A DNA stretch of 64,000 bases. Origin: a virus (lineage: Duplodnaviria > Caudoviricetes). Of the stretch, positions 8,857-18,816 are shown piece by piece (within the stretch, counting starts at the first letter, position 1; each line of letters begins with the position of its first letter). The DNA lies in the IMG/VR virus record IMGVR_UViG_3300021963_000022; one strand, written 5' to 3'. The notes under the pieces are model-generated. The model saw nothing but the letters and a program-made list of their open reading frames with translations. It made no database searches and was not told the origin of the DNA. Both the position numbers and the translations under genes were made by a program.

Positions 8857-11800
8857 TTATACGTTGATATAGCTTGCGACTATATTAACTTTTGCATTTG
8901 CACTATTTGATGTTGCATACAAGGTTACATTACTTGATAGCCCATTGATGTTAGCTGAGATATCGATAATGTCAGCAGATACATTGCTACATACGCTACC
9001 GTAAATTGTAATGTATGCAGTTGTACCATCATGTACCATTAACGCTTCTACTGATTGATATCCGTCATCGCCGCTAGCACTTACTACGTACTTAGCAGTT
9101 CTGAATGTGCCGGGCGCAAACTGATCAATAACTGTATTTGATGTTACAGAAACGTTACTACGATTAGTTGTTAACCCATTGTTTAAGCCAACGTAGTTGG
9201 CTGTCACGTTACCCGAAACAGTCAAGCCAGTTAGTGTTCCAACTGAAGTAATAGCTGGTTGTGCCGCTGTATATACTGTACCTGCAACTAATGCATTAGC
9301 TACTTGACCGGTAATATTACCTGCTGTAATATTGCTTAATTGACCACCATCACCACTAAAGAAGTTAGCAGTAGCTAAGTTACCTAAATTAGCGTTAGCG
9401 ACAGTTAAGTTGCTAGTAGCAGATAGTGTACCTGTTATATTTGCACCAGTAGCAGTGAATATTGCAATATTTGCAACTCCACCCACTCCAACTGTTACAT
9501 TGCCATTTGCAGTAGAAATATCAACATTAGATGTACCATTTGCTAGTGTATCGGTATCAACAGTAGCGAAAGATAATCCACCTGCACCATCTGTTCTTAA
9601 GTATTGACCAGTAGTGCCACCTGTAATATGTACATTACCAACTGCACCCAATGCAACATTACTTGTACCAGTTAAGTCAATTACACCTGTACTTGTTAAT
9701 CCAGTTAATGTACCAACACTTGTAATATTACCTTGTATGGCTTGAGTTACATGTCCGGCTAAGTTAGCATTAGCAACATTACCTGTTACGTTTGCACCAG
9801 TTAAGCTAGTTAAGCTAGCACCGTTGCCTGCAATATTTGTAGCAGTTAATGTATTTGATGATTTATCAAATGTGAATGCTGCAGTAGCGCCAAATGATCC
9901 ACCATCATTAAATTGAACTTGTGTATTAGTACCAGCAGTACCTGTACTACCTGCATTAACCCAAGATAAGTTTCCTGATCCATTAGTTCCCAAGATATAA
10001 CCATTTGAACCACCAGTAATAATAACGTTACCGACAGGACCAAGATTACTTACACCGTTAACTGTTAAACCAGACAATGTACCTAAGCTAGTAATATTAG
10101 CTTGTGTAGCGGTTGTTAAGTTACCTGCAATAGTAGATGCAGATATGCCACCCGTCGTACTTAAATTACCTACACTAACATTACCACTGAATGTACCAGT
10201 TACTGCACCAACATCGTTTGTTGCAGAAAGATTATTTGCACTAATATTAGCTGTTGCAGATAAACTTGTACCAGTAGCTGCACCAATATTTGGTGTTACG
10301 AATGCCGCAGAGTCTGCAACTTTCAATGTATCTGCACTAATTTGAATTGTAGTTGTATCAACGTTAACGCTGAACGTAGTACCAGTTAATGTTAAGCCGT
10401 CTCCCGCAACATATTGTCCTGCACCAGAGAACTGACTGAATATAATATTAGTTGTACCAACTGTTACTGGACTGTTAGTTGTACATACCCAACCAGTATC
10501 GGCATATGATGTACCTTCTTCAACGAACGTGAATCCAGCTGGAATTTCACCGCTTGGGCTGCCTTGATCAAAGTCAGTTGCACGGGTTAGAACGAATGCT
10601 GTAGATCCATTACCTAATGTAGTTACAACGTAAATACCGTTTTGTGTTTGATTAGCTTGATTCTTAATTAATACGCGGTCGCCTTGAGCTAGAGTTGCGC
10701 CATCAATTGTTGGTAGTGCTCCGGACGCATCAGCAGTAAGAGTTGCACCTACACCAGAAGTACCGTTATTGTAAGTTACTGCAGGAAGAGCAGCTGTAGT
10801 AGCAGCCTTTACAGAAGCCTTTACATCAAGACCTTGTGCTACGCTATCTACATAACCTTTATTTGCCGCATCAGTGTCACCACTTGGAGTTGCAACTTGT
10901 GTAATACGCTTGTTACTTACATCTACTGTACCAGTACCAGTTGGAGTCAATACAACATTTGCATTACCTGTACCTGAATTTATAGTTAGATCAGCAGTGC
11001 CAACTGCAGTTAATGTGTTAGATATTAAGCTACCTGCTTGAAGCGCAGAAGTGATATTTGCATTACCAGCGGCAATATTAGCTGTTGTAGTAATATTACC
11101 AGGGGCAGTTAATACGCCATCTTGACCAAATGTCCATGTATTAGAAGTAGTGCCACTTGCACCTGTTTGTACAGTAACATTGCCACCACGTAATTGTTTT
11201 AAATCTGTTTGAGTTGTACCTAAAACTAATTGTGAACCATCACTTGTTCCACTAAATATTTGTCCAGTACCATCTGGATCTAATCTTACTTGACCACTTG
11301 GTAAGAACTCTGTAGTGTAACCGTTAGCGGTTAAACCTACGATACCAGTTGTTGCACTTAAATCAACTTTAACGGTGTAAGTACCAGCTTGAACTATACT
11401 AGGAGCATATACATTACCAGTAGTAATAAAATTACCACTAGTTGTATTACCAGTAACAAATAAATTTGTTAAGTTACCAACACTTGTAATACTAGGTTGA
11501 GCACTATCGGATACAGTAAGGGCTACGTTAGCTGTTCCGTGTAAGTTACCAATGAAATAATTTGCAGTAGCGGCATTACCTAAATTAGCATTACCTGATG
11601 TAAGATTACCAGAAATACCTAGTGTTCCTGTAACATTTGCACCAGAACTAGAAATTACTAATACGTTAGCTGATCCTGCGCTACTAAAGGATATATTACC
11701 ATTATTGAGTACTTCAATGTTACTAGTACCATTAGACAATGATGCTGTACTAATCGTTACAAATGATAGTCCACCAGTACCGTTTGTAACTAGTACTTGC

Positions 11801-12153
11801 CCGTTGGTTCCACCTGTAATATGAACATTACCCACTGCGCCCAATGCAACATTACTTGCACCAGTTAAGTCAACTGCACCTGTACTTGTTAATCCAGTTA
11901 GTGTTCCAACTGAAGTAATAGCTGGTTGTGCCGCTGTATATACTGTACCTGCAACTAATGCATTAGCTACTTGACCAGTAACGTTACCACCAGTAATATT
12001 ACTTAATGATGATCCATTACCAGTAAAGAAATTAGCATTTACGGTGTTTACAATACTAAGATTGCCTACACCAGTAAGATTGCTTGATGCCGCATCAAGA
12101 ACTATATTACCTGTTGTAATACCTTGTTTTACATTAAAATATCTAGTAGTCAT
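8857..12153 (-). CDS. Tail/virion fibre protein, 1098 aa
   Basis: QPxITSVGTLT repeats, a DAANKGYVD neck-like motif followed by a GDRVLIKNQ...NGIYVV...LTRATDFD domain, and a C-terminal FRTAKYVV...YQSVEALMVHDG...YGS domain shared with paralogues. Confidence 0.75.
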   Translation of the reverse strand: MTTRYFNVKQGITTGNIVLDAASSNLTGVGNLSIVNTVNANFFTGNGSSLSNITGGNVTGQVANALVAGTVYTAAQPAITSVGTLTGLTSTGAVDLTGASNVALGAVGNVHITGGTNGQVLVTNGTGGLSFVTISTASLSNGTSNIEVLNNGNISFSSAGSANVLVISSSGANVTGTLGISGNLTSGNANLGNAATANYFIGNLHGTANVALTVSDSAQPSITSVGNLTNLFVTGNTTSGNFITTGNVYAPSIVQAGTYTVKVDLSATTGIVGLTANGYTTEFLPSGQVRLDPDGTGQIFSGTSDGSQLVLGTTQTDLKQLRGGNVTVQTGASGTTSNTWTFGQDGVLTAPGNITTTANIAAGNANITSALQAGSLISNTLTAVGTADLTINSGTGNANVVLTPTGTGTVDVSNKRITQVATPSGDTDAANKGYVDSVAQGLDVKASVKAATTAALPAVTYNNGTSGVGATLTADASGALPTIDGATLAQGDRVLIKNQANQTQNGIYVVTTLGNGSTAFVLTRATDFDQGSPSGEIPAGFTFVEEGTSYADTGWVCTTNSPVTVGTTNIIFSQFSGAGQYVAGDGLTLTGTTFSVNVDTTTIQISADTLKVADSAAFVTPNIGAATGTSLSATANISANNLSATNDVGAVTGTFSGNVSVGNLSTTGGISASTIAGNLTTATQANITSLGTLSGLTVNGVSNLGPVGNVIITGGSNGYILGTNGSGNLSWVNAGSTGTAGTNTQVQFNDGGSFGATAAFTFDKSSNTLTATNIAGNGASLTSLTGANVTGNVANANLAGHVTQAIQGNITSVGTLTGLTSTGVIDLTGTSNVALGAVGNVHITGGTTGQYLRTDGAGGLSFATVDTDTLANGTSNVDISTANGNVTVGVGGVANIAIFTATGANITGTLSATSNLTVANANLGNLATANFFSGDGGQLSNITAGNITGQVANALVAGTVYTAAQPAITSVGTLTGLTVSGNVTANYVGLNNGLTTNRSNVSVTSNTVIDQFAPGTFRTAKYVVSASGDDGYQSVEALMVHDGTTAYITIYGSVCSNVSADIIDISANINGLSSNVTLYATSNSANAKVNIVASYINV

Positions 12154-12163
12154 TTTTTATCCT

Positions 12164-15100
12164 TTAGTCTGCTACGTATGTGCCCAATAAATTAACAGTA
12201 GTATTAGCTATAGTCGAAGTTGCTAGTAATTGAACATTTCCAGAATTTATAGCTGTACCCAGTGATATAATATCTGTCCCGATTGTAGACAGACTACCAT
12301 ATATGGTTACATAACTATTTACTCCGTTATGAATTAATAGAACTTCAACAGCTTGATAACCATCATCACTGTTTACCCTCATAGTGTATTTAGCTGACCT
12401 GTATTTATTTACGGGAAAGCTATCCACTATTGTGTCATTTGTAATAGAAATTGGGGTTCTATTACTAGATAAATCACTAACTTTTAAGTTTGTTATAGTA
12501 GCAAGACTAGCTACAACTAAATTACCGTTTGTACTGATGTTATTTGCTACTAAATTACCCCTAACAGTTGTATTTCCAGTCGTACTACCAACAGTTACAT
12601 TAGCTGATAGACCTAAATTTACATTGGTTAAAGTTGTTGAAAATATATTAGCACTGGTTCCGTTAACACTAAGTTCACCTGTACTTAATATCAAGTTTCC
12701 TGCAGTAGAAGTTAGATTTCCTAATGCAGTTATAACATTTGCAGACAATGTTTCTGTAAGATAGTCATATGTAAAGTTTGCACTACCAGCAAACGTACCG
12801 TTATTGTTATATTGAACCTGCGTATTTGTGCCACCAACACCCTGTGATCCAGCATCTACCCAAGCTAGATTGCCTGTACCATCAGTTCCTAGAACGTAAT
12901 TAGCAGTACCACCTGTAATACGAACATTACCCACGTCACCTAAGTTACTTATACCAGATATAGCGAGAGATGTACCACTTAAGTGGTTTGCGTAAATGTT
13001 ACCATTAGCATCACGTAGAACTATAGTATTTCCGGATACTTCTACATTTGCACTAATAAATCCGCTTGAAATATCTATCCAAGCATATGTTGCCCCGTCG
13101 TACACATATTTGTAAATTCTGTCATTTAACTCGTCATACCACTCGTCACCTGCAATTGGATTGATAGGTATTGCACTGGCGCTAGTGTATGTTGGAACAT
13201 CTTTTCCGTCACGTGTAATAGAATCAGCAACTTCTAATGTTCCTGTAATAGTAGCAGTATTTGTAGTACTATTAAACTGGAATGAGTTACTAGCATTAAT
13301 CATACCAGAATCATTGAAGATAATACTAGTATTGTAGCCCGGGCTCGTTAAATTACCATCAAAATTACCAAAGAAATTGTCTGCAGTAACGTTTGCTAGT
13401 GTGATAGTAACGTTACCAACAGTGATATTTGTAGCAGTAACGTCTCCTAAATCTGATAGACCAGTAACATCTAGACTAGTTAGTACACCTAAACTATTGA
13501 TATTTGGCTGAGAAGCATCAACAACTATATTTGCATATGTTGATGTAGTAGAGATATTTGCAATGTTTGCATATTCTGCAGAGTTTGCTGAAGCAACTAT
13601 ACCTGATACATTTGAACCAGTCAAATTACTTAAGTAACCGCCGTCTCCTAAGAAATATACGGCTGCTACGTTACCACCAAACTCACCTATGTTAGCAGTA
13701 ATATTTCCAGTTATATCTAGTGATACTAATGTGCCAACTGAAGTAATATTAGGTTGACTAGATGCAGTAACGTTTACTGCGACAGTAGCTGTATTTGCAG
13801 TTATTGCATTAAGTGCTGTTTGTGCTGTTACCGCGTTGCCTGCATAATTAGAATAGTTAGCAGATGCTACCCAACCAGTAATTACTGATCCTTGAATATT
13901 TGATATAAATGATCCATCACCTACCAAATAGTTAGCAACAACTACATTACCGGCATCAATATTACCAGCAACTATGTTTCCAGAAACTAACAATTCAGTT
14001 AAAACGCCAACACTAGTAATATTAGATTGTTCAGCATTGGTAACAGTAGTTGCTACTAATGCTGTTTCTGCTATTACTGCATTACCTGCATAGTTAGCGT
14101 AGTTGGCAAATTCACCAGTAGGGACATTAGATAGTAGGCCGCCATCACCAATGAAGAAATTAGCTCTTGCAACGTTACCAAAGTCACCATTACCTGAAGT
14201 AATATTACCAATAACAACTAAGCTTGTCAAGTTACCTACACTAGTAATGTTAGGTTGTGCGCTATCGTTGACTGTATTGGCAGCATTAGTAATTCCTGCA
14301 TAGGTAGCATAATTTGCATTAGCAACAGTACCTATAATATTAGTAGATTGAACATTACTAATATTTCCACCATCACCATTAAAGAAGTTTGCACTAGCAC
14401 TGTTACCCAATACAGCATCAAATGATGTTAGCATCCCAGCTACTGACAATGATGTTAGTAAACCAACACTTGTAATATTTGGTTGTGCGCTAGCTATTAC
14501 TGTATTGGCAACATTGGCTGTCTCTGCTGTAAAGGTTACACCTGCAAATGATGCATAATTTGCATTTGCTACTTCAGTAATATTACTACCATTAAGATCG
14601 GTCAATAAACTACCGTCGCCTGCAAAGTAATTTGCAACAACTAAGTTACCTAAGTTGGCATTACCTCCTGAAATATTTCCGGTTACTGTCAAATTAGACA
14701 ATGAACCAATAGTTGTAATGTTTGGTTGACTTGATGAGGTCAAAGTACCTTGCAAGAATGATGCTATTACAAGATTACCTAAACTTGCATTGGCTGCAGT
14801 AATATTACCCGTAACATCTAGTGCAGATAGTGTACCTACAGCAGTGATGTTAGGTTGTAAACCTTCTGTTACTGTACCTGCTGTTGTAGCAGATCCGGTT
14901 AAATTACCAGTAATGTTAGATGCAATGATATTATTAGCTAAGACAAAATTAGCATTGATATTTCCACTTACGGTAAGTTCGCTATTAGCCGATTGAAATG
15001 TGAAACCAGGTGACGTACCAATGTTACCGTCATTGTTGTATAAGATTTCAGTATTATCACCCGGAATAACAATGTTACCAGTGATGTTACCGTTAAAGTT

Positions 15101-18100
15101 ACCAATAAAATTCTGTGCTCTAATGTTACCTAGTTGTTGGACAGCCACTACGTCATCAGAAATCAACACGTTACTAGCAATTAAAAACTCTGCATTGCTA
15201 TTGTCCCATCCCATAAACCCACTTACCGGTGCAATATCATAATAATGTAATAGTGTTCCACGATCTTTACCGTCATTGGTTGTTAGTGGAGAACCATTTG
15301 CTCCGCCACCTAATTGAATGATTGGGTCTTGAACTTGCAATGAGTTAACATTGATATAAGTTACATTACCACTTACTGATAAGTTACCAATAACGTTTAC
15401 GTCTTGTGCTTGTAGTGTGTTATCTACTGTTAAATTATTTGAGCTAGCATTACCCGATACTATTAATGATGTTAGATTACCAAGACTTGTAATGTTAGGT
15501 TGTGCGCTATTGTTGACTGTATTGGCTACTGAAGCTGTGCTTACTGTACCAACAATACTATTTGCTTGTACGTTAGAAATGTTTCCGGCTTCACCATACA
15601 GATGAGAAGCATTAATGTAATCTGCACTAACATTACCGGTAACATTTAAACTAATCAATGTGCCAACACGTGTAATATTAAGTTGTTCATTATCAATAAC
15701 AGTATTAGCAGTAGATGCTGTTGTTGCATTACCTGCGTAGCTAGCGTAATTAGCATTGGCTACTTCACTTACATTAGACCCATTAATATCTGATAAGTTT
15801 GATCCATCACCAAAGAAATAGTTTGCATGTACTGTGTCTGCCTCTACGTCTGTATCAACAGTTAAGTTTGCTAAAATACCTACATTTGTAATATTTGGTT
15901 GTGAGCTAGCAGTAACTGTAGTTGCAGTGGTAGCTGTTTCAGCGTTGCCGGCATATGCCGCGTAATTTGCATTAGAAACTATACCAACAATATTTGCTGA
16001 TGGAACGTTTGATACGTTCCCCACATCACCAAATACATAAGTTGCATTAATTATGTTAGCAGTTATATTACCAGTTACTGTTAAGTCTGTTAGTGTACCA
16101 ACTGATGTAATATTTGGTTGACTTGCTGTTGTTACAATACCGGCAGTAGTTGCAAATCCTGCAGTTGTAGAGTAGTTTGCATTAGCTACTTCACCTATAA
16201 TAGATGAACCTAGCACGTTACTTATATTACTACCGTCACCTACAAAGTAATTAGCATTAACAATGTTTGCAAAAGTGTTTCCGGCAATAGACAACTCAAC
16301 AAGAGTACCGACTGTTGTAATATTTGGCTGTGCATTATCAAGTACTGTATTTGCAGTAAGTGCAATTTCAGTAGTACCGGCGTATGTTGCATAGTTTGCA
16401 TTAGCTACTTCACTAATATTACTACCGTTAAGGTTAGCTAATAGACTACCATCACCTGAAAAGTATGAGGCACTAGCTATATTACCTAAATTAGCATTAC
16501 CGGACGAAATGTTACCATTAACCGTGAATACATTTGTATCTTTATCAAATGTAAAATTAGTACTATAACCAATTACACCGTCATTATTAAACAATACTCT
16601 AGTGTTACCTGAACCTAAATTAATATTACCTGCAAAGTTACCATAGTAAGTGTTAGCATAAACTTCATTTACGTTGATAGTATTGGCATTAGCAATATTA
16701 GTTATTAGTGTACCGGATACATTGGCATTAGTTAGATTACCAACACTTGTAATGTTAGGTTGAGAGCTTGCAGTAACTGTTTCTGCTACTAGCGCATTAC
16801 CTGAATATTCAGAATAATTTGCATAATTTACTGTACCGTTAATATTTGATGCAGGGATATTAGACAATCCATAAGCATCACCGATGAATACACCAGCATG
16901 TACATTGCCATAAGTATGAACTGTTACAGTATTATCAACTAAACTACCGTTACTAACAAAAGCAAATTCACCTGCTAAGTTTTTCCAGCCCATAAACGCA
17001 TCAACTGGAGCATCTACCGCATCGCTATAGTAATGTAATACTTGTCCTCTATCAAAACCATCGTTAGACGGTAGAGGAACACCGTTAGCTAATCCACCTT
17101 GTTCAATGATTGGGTCTTGTATAATTAATGATGTTACATCCGCGTATATAGCACTACCGTAAACAATTAAGTTACCAACAATAGTTGCATCACCTGCCAC
17201 ATATAGAGTAGAGTTTGATACAACACTATTAGATTGTAAAATATTTGCTGTTACATTTGCTAAATTTGATGTACCTAAAACAACTAAACCACCTAAATCA
17301 CCAACCGAAGTAATGTTTGGTTGACTTGAACCTGTTACAGTAATTGCATTATTGGCTAAGTTCGCTAAGTTAGCATCAAGAGTATATAGTGAGTATGTTG
17401 CATAGTTTGCATTTGATACTTCACTTACGTTTGCTCCATTGATGTTTGCTAAGTTTGATCCGTCACCGGTAAAAAATGTTGCAACCACATTAGTTGCATT
17501 TACAGTAGTAACGTTAGCTATGTTACCTATTAACACATTAGTAGTAACTTGAGTGGTTACATTTACATTAGTAGAATTTACAGTGGTAAAATTTCCTATA
17601 TTAGCAATTATAAGATTGGTATTAATCTGATTATTTGCAATTATTGTATTTGTTGTAATATTATTGCTAACTGCTAAATCAGTTAACGTACCAATAGTTG
17701 TAATAGTTGGTTGATATGAGTCTGTTACTGTTGCGGCAGTATTAGATGTGTCTGCATAACCAGCATAATTAGCATTAATTGCATTAATTGCATCACCTGC
17801 ATAATTTGCATAGTTTGCATAGTTTGATGTATTAGCGTTTTGTGCAAAATCAACTTCACCCGCATATGTACTATAATTTGAAAAATTTGCATATAATGCG
17901 TTACTAACGATACCTGTAATATTAATAGCAGTTAAGTTGGTTAAATTACTACCATCACCTGCAAAGTAGTTAGAATTTAATGTTTCAGAATCAGGTTCAA
18001 ACGTGAAATTTGCATTAGTAGAAAACTGTCCATTTAGATTGAACTGTACTTCATAATTTGCACCTGCCGCACCTGCATCATTAGTTGCCCAAATTAAGTT

Positions 18101-18793
18101 ACCATTACCATCAGTTGTTAATACATATCCGTCACTACCACCTGTAATAACAACGTTACTTACACTTCCCAAATTAGCAGAAGTTACGGTAATAACATCA
18201 GTAGTAATAGTATTACCTGTTAGAGTAGTATTACCAACGTTAACTGTACCGTTAATATTAACACCAGTATCGGTTACTGTAAGTATATTGGCATTGCCGT
18301 TAACACTCATTGTAACGTTTCCACTAACCCCTACAATGTCAACATTACTTGTGCCATTTGCAATACTAGAAACAGCTATGTCACCTGCAATTAATGTACC
18401 AGAAACCGTTAAATTATTTACTGTAGTATTACCAGTGACATCAAGATAACCCTGTACATTGGCCCCCGTACTAGTTACAGTCATGATATTAGCATTACCT
18501 GCTACTGACATTGTAATATTGCTATTTGATGTTGCAATGTTTACATTACTATTACCGTTATTAATAGCAGATGTATCTATAGTTTCCCATGACAGGTTAC
18601 CTGAACCATCTGTTTTTAAGTATTGACCATTACTGCCACCAGTAATTATTACATTACTTATAGGTCCTAAATTACTTAATCCAGTTGTGGTTAAAGTATG
18701 AGCGGTAACATTACCTTCCGCATCAATAACATCAATAGATGCATCTTCACCTACTGAAAGTCCTGCAACTGTATTAAACTTTTTTATTGCCAT
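12164..18793 (-). CDS. Very long repetitive fibre protein, 2209 aa
   Basis: About 15 QPNITSVGxL repeats, many FxGDGSxLxN and ANANYAxYAG repeats, two DGxDRGxxLHYY modules, a PIAGDEWYD motif and the shared YRSAKY...YGS C-terminal domain. Confidence 0.8.
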   Translation of the reverse strand: MAIKKFNTVAGLSVGEDASIDVIDAEGNVTAHTLTTTGLSNLGPISNVIITGGSNGQYLKTDGSGNLSWETIDTSAINNGNSNVNIATSNSNITMSVAGNANIMTVTSTGANVQGYLDVTGNTTVNNLTVSGTLIAGDIAVSSIANGTSNVDIVGVSGNVTMSVNGNANILTVTDTGVNINGTVNVGNTTLTGNTITTDVITVTSANLGSVSNVVITGGSDGYVLTTDGNGNLIWATNDAGAAGANYEVQFNLNGQFSTNANFTFEPDSETLNSNYFAGDGSNLTNLTAINITGIVSNALYANFSNYSTYAGEVDFAQNANTSNYANYANYAGDAINAINANYAGYADTSNTAATVTDSYQPTITTIGTLTDLAVSNNITTNTIIANNQINTNLIIANIGNFTTVNSTNVNVTTQVTTNVLIGNIANVTTVNATNVVATFFTGDGSNLANINGANVSEVSNANYATYSLYTLDANLANLANNAITVTGSSQPNITSVGDLGGLVVLGTSNLANVTANILQSNSVVSNSTLYVAGDATIVGNLIVYGSAIYADVTSLIIQDPIIEQGGLANGVPLPSNDGFDRGQVLHYYSDAVDAPVDAFMGWKNLAGEFAFVSNGSLVDNTVTVHTYGNVHAGVFIGDAYGLSNIPASNINGTVNYANYSEYSGNALVAETVTASSQPNITSVGNLTNANVSGTLITNIANANTINVNEVYANTYYGNFAGNINLGSGNTRVLFNNDGVIGYSTNFTFDKDTNVFTVNGNISSGNANLGNIASASYFSGDGSLLANLNGSNISEVANANYATYAGTTEIALTANTVLDNAQPNITTVGTLVELSIAGNTFANIVNANYFVGDGSNISNVLGSSIIGEVANANYSTTAGFATTAGIVTTASQPNITSVGTLTDLTVTGNITANIINATYVFGDVGNVSNVPSANIVGIVSNANYAAYAGNAETATTATTVTASSQPNITNVGILANLTVDTDVEADTVHANYFFGDGSNLSDINGSNVSEVANANYASYAGNATTASTANTVIDNEQLNITRVGTLISLNVTGNVSADYINASHLYGEAGNISNVQANSIVGTVSTASVANTVNNSAQPNITSLGNLTSLIVSGNASSNNLTVDNTLQAQDVNVIGNLSVSGNVTYINVNSLQVQDPIIQLGGGANGSPLTTNDGKDRGTLLHYYDIAPVSGFMGWDNSNAEFLIASNVLISDDVVAVQQLGNIRAQNFIGNFNGNITGNIVIPGDNTEILYNNDGNIGTSPGFTFQSANSELTVSGNINANFVLANNIIASNITGNLTGSATTAGTVTEGLQPNITAVGTLSALDVTGNITAANASLGNLVIASFLQGTLTSSSQPNITTIGSLSNLTVTGNISGGNANLGNLVVANYFAGDGSLLTDLNGSNITEVANANYASFAGVTFTAETANVANTVIASAQPNITSVGLLTSLSVAGMLTSFDAVLGNSASANFFNGDGGNISNVQSTNIIGTVANANYATYAGITNAANTVNDSAQPNITSVGNLTSLVVIGNITSGNGDFGNVARANFFIGDGGLLSNVPTGEFANYANYAGNAVIAETALVATTVTNAEQSNITSVGVLTELLVSGNIVAGNIDAGNVVVANYLVGDGSFISNIQGSVITGWVASANYSNYAGNAVTAQTALNAITANTATVAVNVTASSQPNITSVGTLVSLDITGNITANIGEFGGNVAAVYFLGDGGYLSNLTGSNVSGIVASANSAEYANIANISTTSTYANIVVDASQPNINSLGVLTSLDVTGLSDLGDVTATNITVGNVTITLANVTADNFFGNFDGNLTSPGYNTSIIFNDSGMINASNSFQFNSTTNTATITGTLEVADSITRDGKDVPTYTSASAIPINPIAGDEWYDELNDRIYKYVYDGATYAWIDISSGFISANVEVSGNTIVLRDANGNIYANHLSGTSLAISGISNLGDVGNVRITGGTANYVLGTDGTGNLAWVDAGSQGVGGTNTQVQYNNNGTFAGSANFTYDYLTETLSANVITALGNLTSTAGNLILSTGELSVNGTSANIFSTTLTNVNLGLSANVTVGSTTGNTTVRGNLVANNISTNGNLVVASLATITNLKVSDLSSNRTPISITNDTIVDSFPVNKYRSAKYTMRVNSDDGYQAVEVLLIHNGVNSYVTIYGSLSTIGTDIISLGTAINSGNVQLLATSTIANTTVNLLGTYVAD

Positions 18794-18816
18794 ATAATCT
18801 TCTTGTTATGTGGCTC

